Source of the DNA: Deinococcales bacterium
GTDB taxonomy: Bacteria; Deinococcota; Deinococci; Deinococcales; JAAFIG01
Reading direction: 5' to 3'
Assembly: GCA_013298595.1 (NCBI GenBank)
Contig: JAAFIG010000006.1
Span: 66,017-130,016 of the forward strand
Length of the DNA: 64,000 nucleotides
The notes beneath the pieces were generated by a model. That model searched no databases. It had not been told where the DNA came from and was given only the letters and a program-made list of their open reading frames with translations. A program made the position numbers and the translations under genes. Positions 63,234-64,000 of the stretch are shown piece after piece; within the stretch, counting starts at the first letter, position 1; every line of letters begins with the position of its first letter.

Positions 63234-64000
63234 ATGACTGCATTGCTCGAACCCACCCCACCTGTTTATCACTTCGACGATCACGCTCAAAGCATCGCCA
63301 AACGCCAATATATGCAACCCTCTGATGGCGATGTTTTCGGCATGTTCCGTCGTATTGCCAATTGGGTCTCGAGTGCCGAACCAACCTCTGAATTAAAAGC
63401 CAAATGGGGCGAAACCTTCTACGATCTCATGGCAAGTAAACGCTTTTGCCCAGGTGGGCGCGTACTAGCAGGCGCAGGCACGCAGCACGGCAATGTACTC
63501 AATTGTTTTGTTCAAGGCGCAACCGAATACGACCCTGCCAGCTTTGAAGGTGTCATGGAAGTCGCCAAGAAACTTGCCTTGGTCACCAAAGTTGGCGGTG
63601 GCAACGGCGTTAATTTAGATGTCTACGCCCCAAGAGCCACCACCAGCCGCTCCGACAATGGTGTACGCGGTTGGGCATACATGAGCGCTACCCACCCCGA
63701 TGTCGAAGATTTTATCAAAGGCTTAATGCGCCCACCAACCATGCCAGACGGCGAAAAACAACCCACCAGCATCCGCAACTGGTCAAAAGTGGTTTACGGC
63801 GTGATCTCCCCTGCCTTATCTAGCTTAGCAAGGCAATACGGAGTCAACTTAGTCAGTAGCCTGCCCGATAATGTCAATACCATTCACGACGATATGGGTG
63901 GCATTCTCGAAGCAGCCAAACAAGTCTGTGCCACTGCCAAAGCTGGACTCGAGCCACGCATAGACCTTTCAGGCTTACGCGAAGAAGGCGCACCCATTAA
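63234..64000 (+). CDS. nrdJ: Class II (adenosylcobalamin-dependent) ribonucleotide reductase. Only the 5' part is present; it continues right of the window.
   Basis: Absent from the ORF track (no stop in the window). My translation: MTALLEPTPPVYHFDDHAQSIAKRQYMQPSDGDVFGMFRRIANWV...FCPGGRVLAGAGT...LNCFV...VGGGNGVNLD...IDLSGLREEGAPI. GGAGG lies 9 nt upstream. Confidence 0.8.
   Translation, partial: MTALLEPTPPVYHFDDHAQSIAKRQYMQPSDGDVFGMFRRIANWVSSAEPTSELKAKWGETFYDLMASKRFCPGGRVLAGAGTQHGNVLNCFVQGATEYDPASFEGVMEVAKKLALVTKVGGGNGVNLDVYAPRATTSRSDNGVRGWAYMSATHPDVEDFIKGLMRPPTMPDGEKQPTSIRNWSKVVYGVISPALSSLARQYGVNLVSSLPDNVNTIHDDMGGILEAAKQVCATAKAGLEPRIDLSGLREEGAPI

Noticed and set aside
1-64000. CTCGAG excess as a cloning, linker or synthetic-insertion artefact
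   Set aside because: The sites lie in frame inside well-conserved proteins (PilT, MutS, DnaX, EF-G) without adding residues, and they occur in all three codon phases. They are therefore substitutions embedded in native sequence, not inserted 6-mers.
1-64000. CRISPR arrays, tRNA/rRNA genes, transposases, integrases and prophage genes
   Set aside because: I found no regularly spaced 25-40-bp direct repeats with unique spacers and no cloverleaf-like or rRNA-like segments. None of the ORF products shows DDE, tyrosine recombinase or serine recombinase motifs. A tRNA scan by eye is weak, so this is an absence of evidence only.

Overview
This is a dense, chromosomal-looking 64-kb window with about 53 protein genes on both strands. 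Many genes are joined by 4-nt ATGA start/stop overlaps. I recognised no rRNA, tRNA, CRISPR array, transposase or integrase. Gene content, left to right: (1) a polyol/sugar ABC uptake locus with three dehydrogenases and a divergent LacI regulator that has three CACGTG-centred operator palindromes; (2) two tandem BNR/Asp-box (GH74-like) lipoproteins and a PIG-L deacetylase; (3) dnaX and an RqcH/NFACT homologue; (4) a NarL-type histidine kinase and response regulator separated by an AT-rich ORF; (5) a 1233-aa lipoprotein with two von Willebrand D-like domains and intact GDPH motifs; (6) an amine oxidase, Uma2, an RsmC-like methyltransferase coupled to mutS, ogt, a YaaQ/DarA-like PII protein and an EF-G paralogue; (7) a PIN toxin with an unannotated 45-aa partner ORF; (8) a translationally coupled LRV-repeat / MoxR-like AAA / HExxH-VWA operon; (9) pilT, DUF4388, mutY, purU, cobS, purC and an S9 peptidase-ydeP-fdhD string; (10) three small secreted proteins followed by a SARP/BTAD-TPR regulator, an APH-like kinase, and the 5' part of a class II ribonucleotide reductase. 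My best guess for the source is a Chloroflexota (Herpetosiphon-like) chromosome; this is unverified. The outstanding signal is not a gene. The palindromic hexamer CTCGAG occurs roughly 400 times by manual scan, about one per 150 bp and about 25-fold over naive expectation. It occurs in all three reading frames and in spacers. There are a few conspicuous deserts: the AT-rich ORF 22201-23103, the LRV gene core, pilT and the ABC transporter genes. A second layer is a family of GTAG-headed hairpin (REP-like) elements in intergenic DNA.
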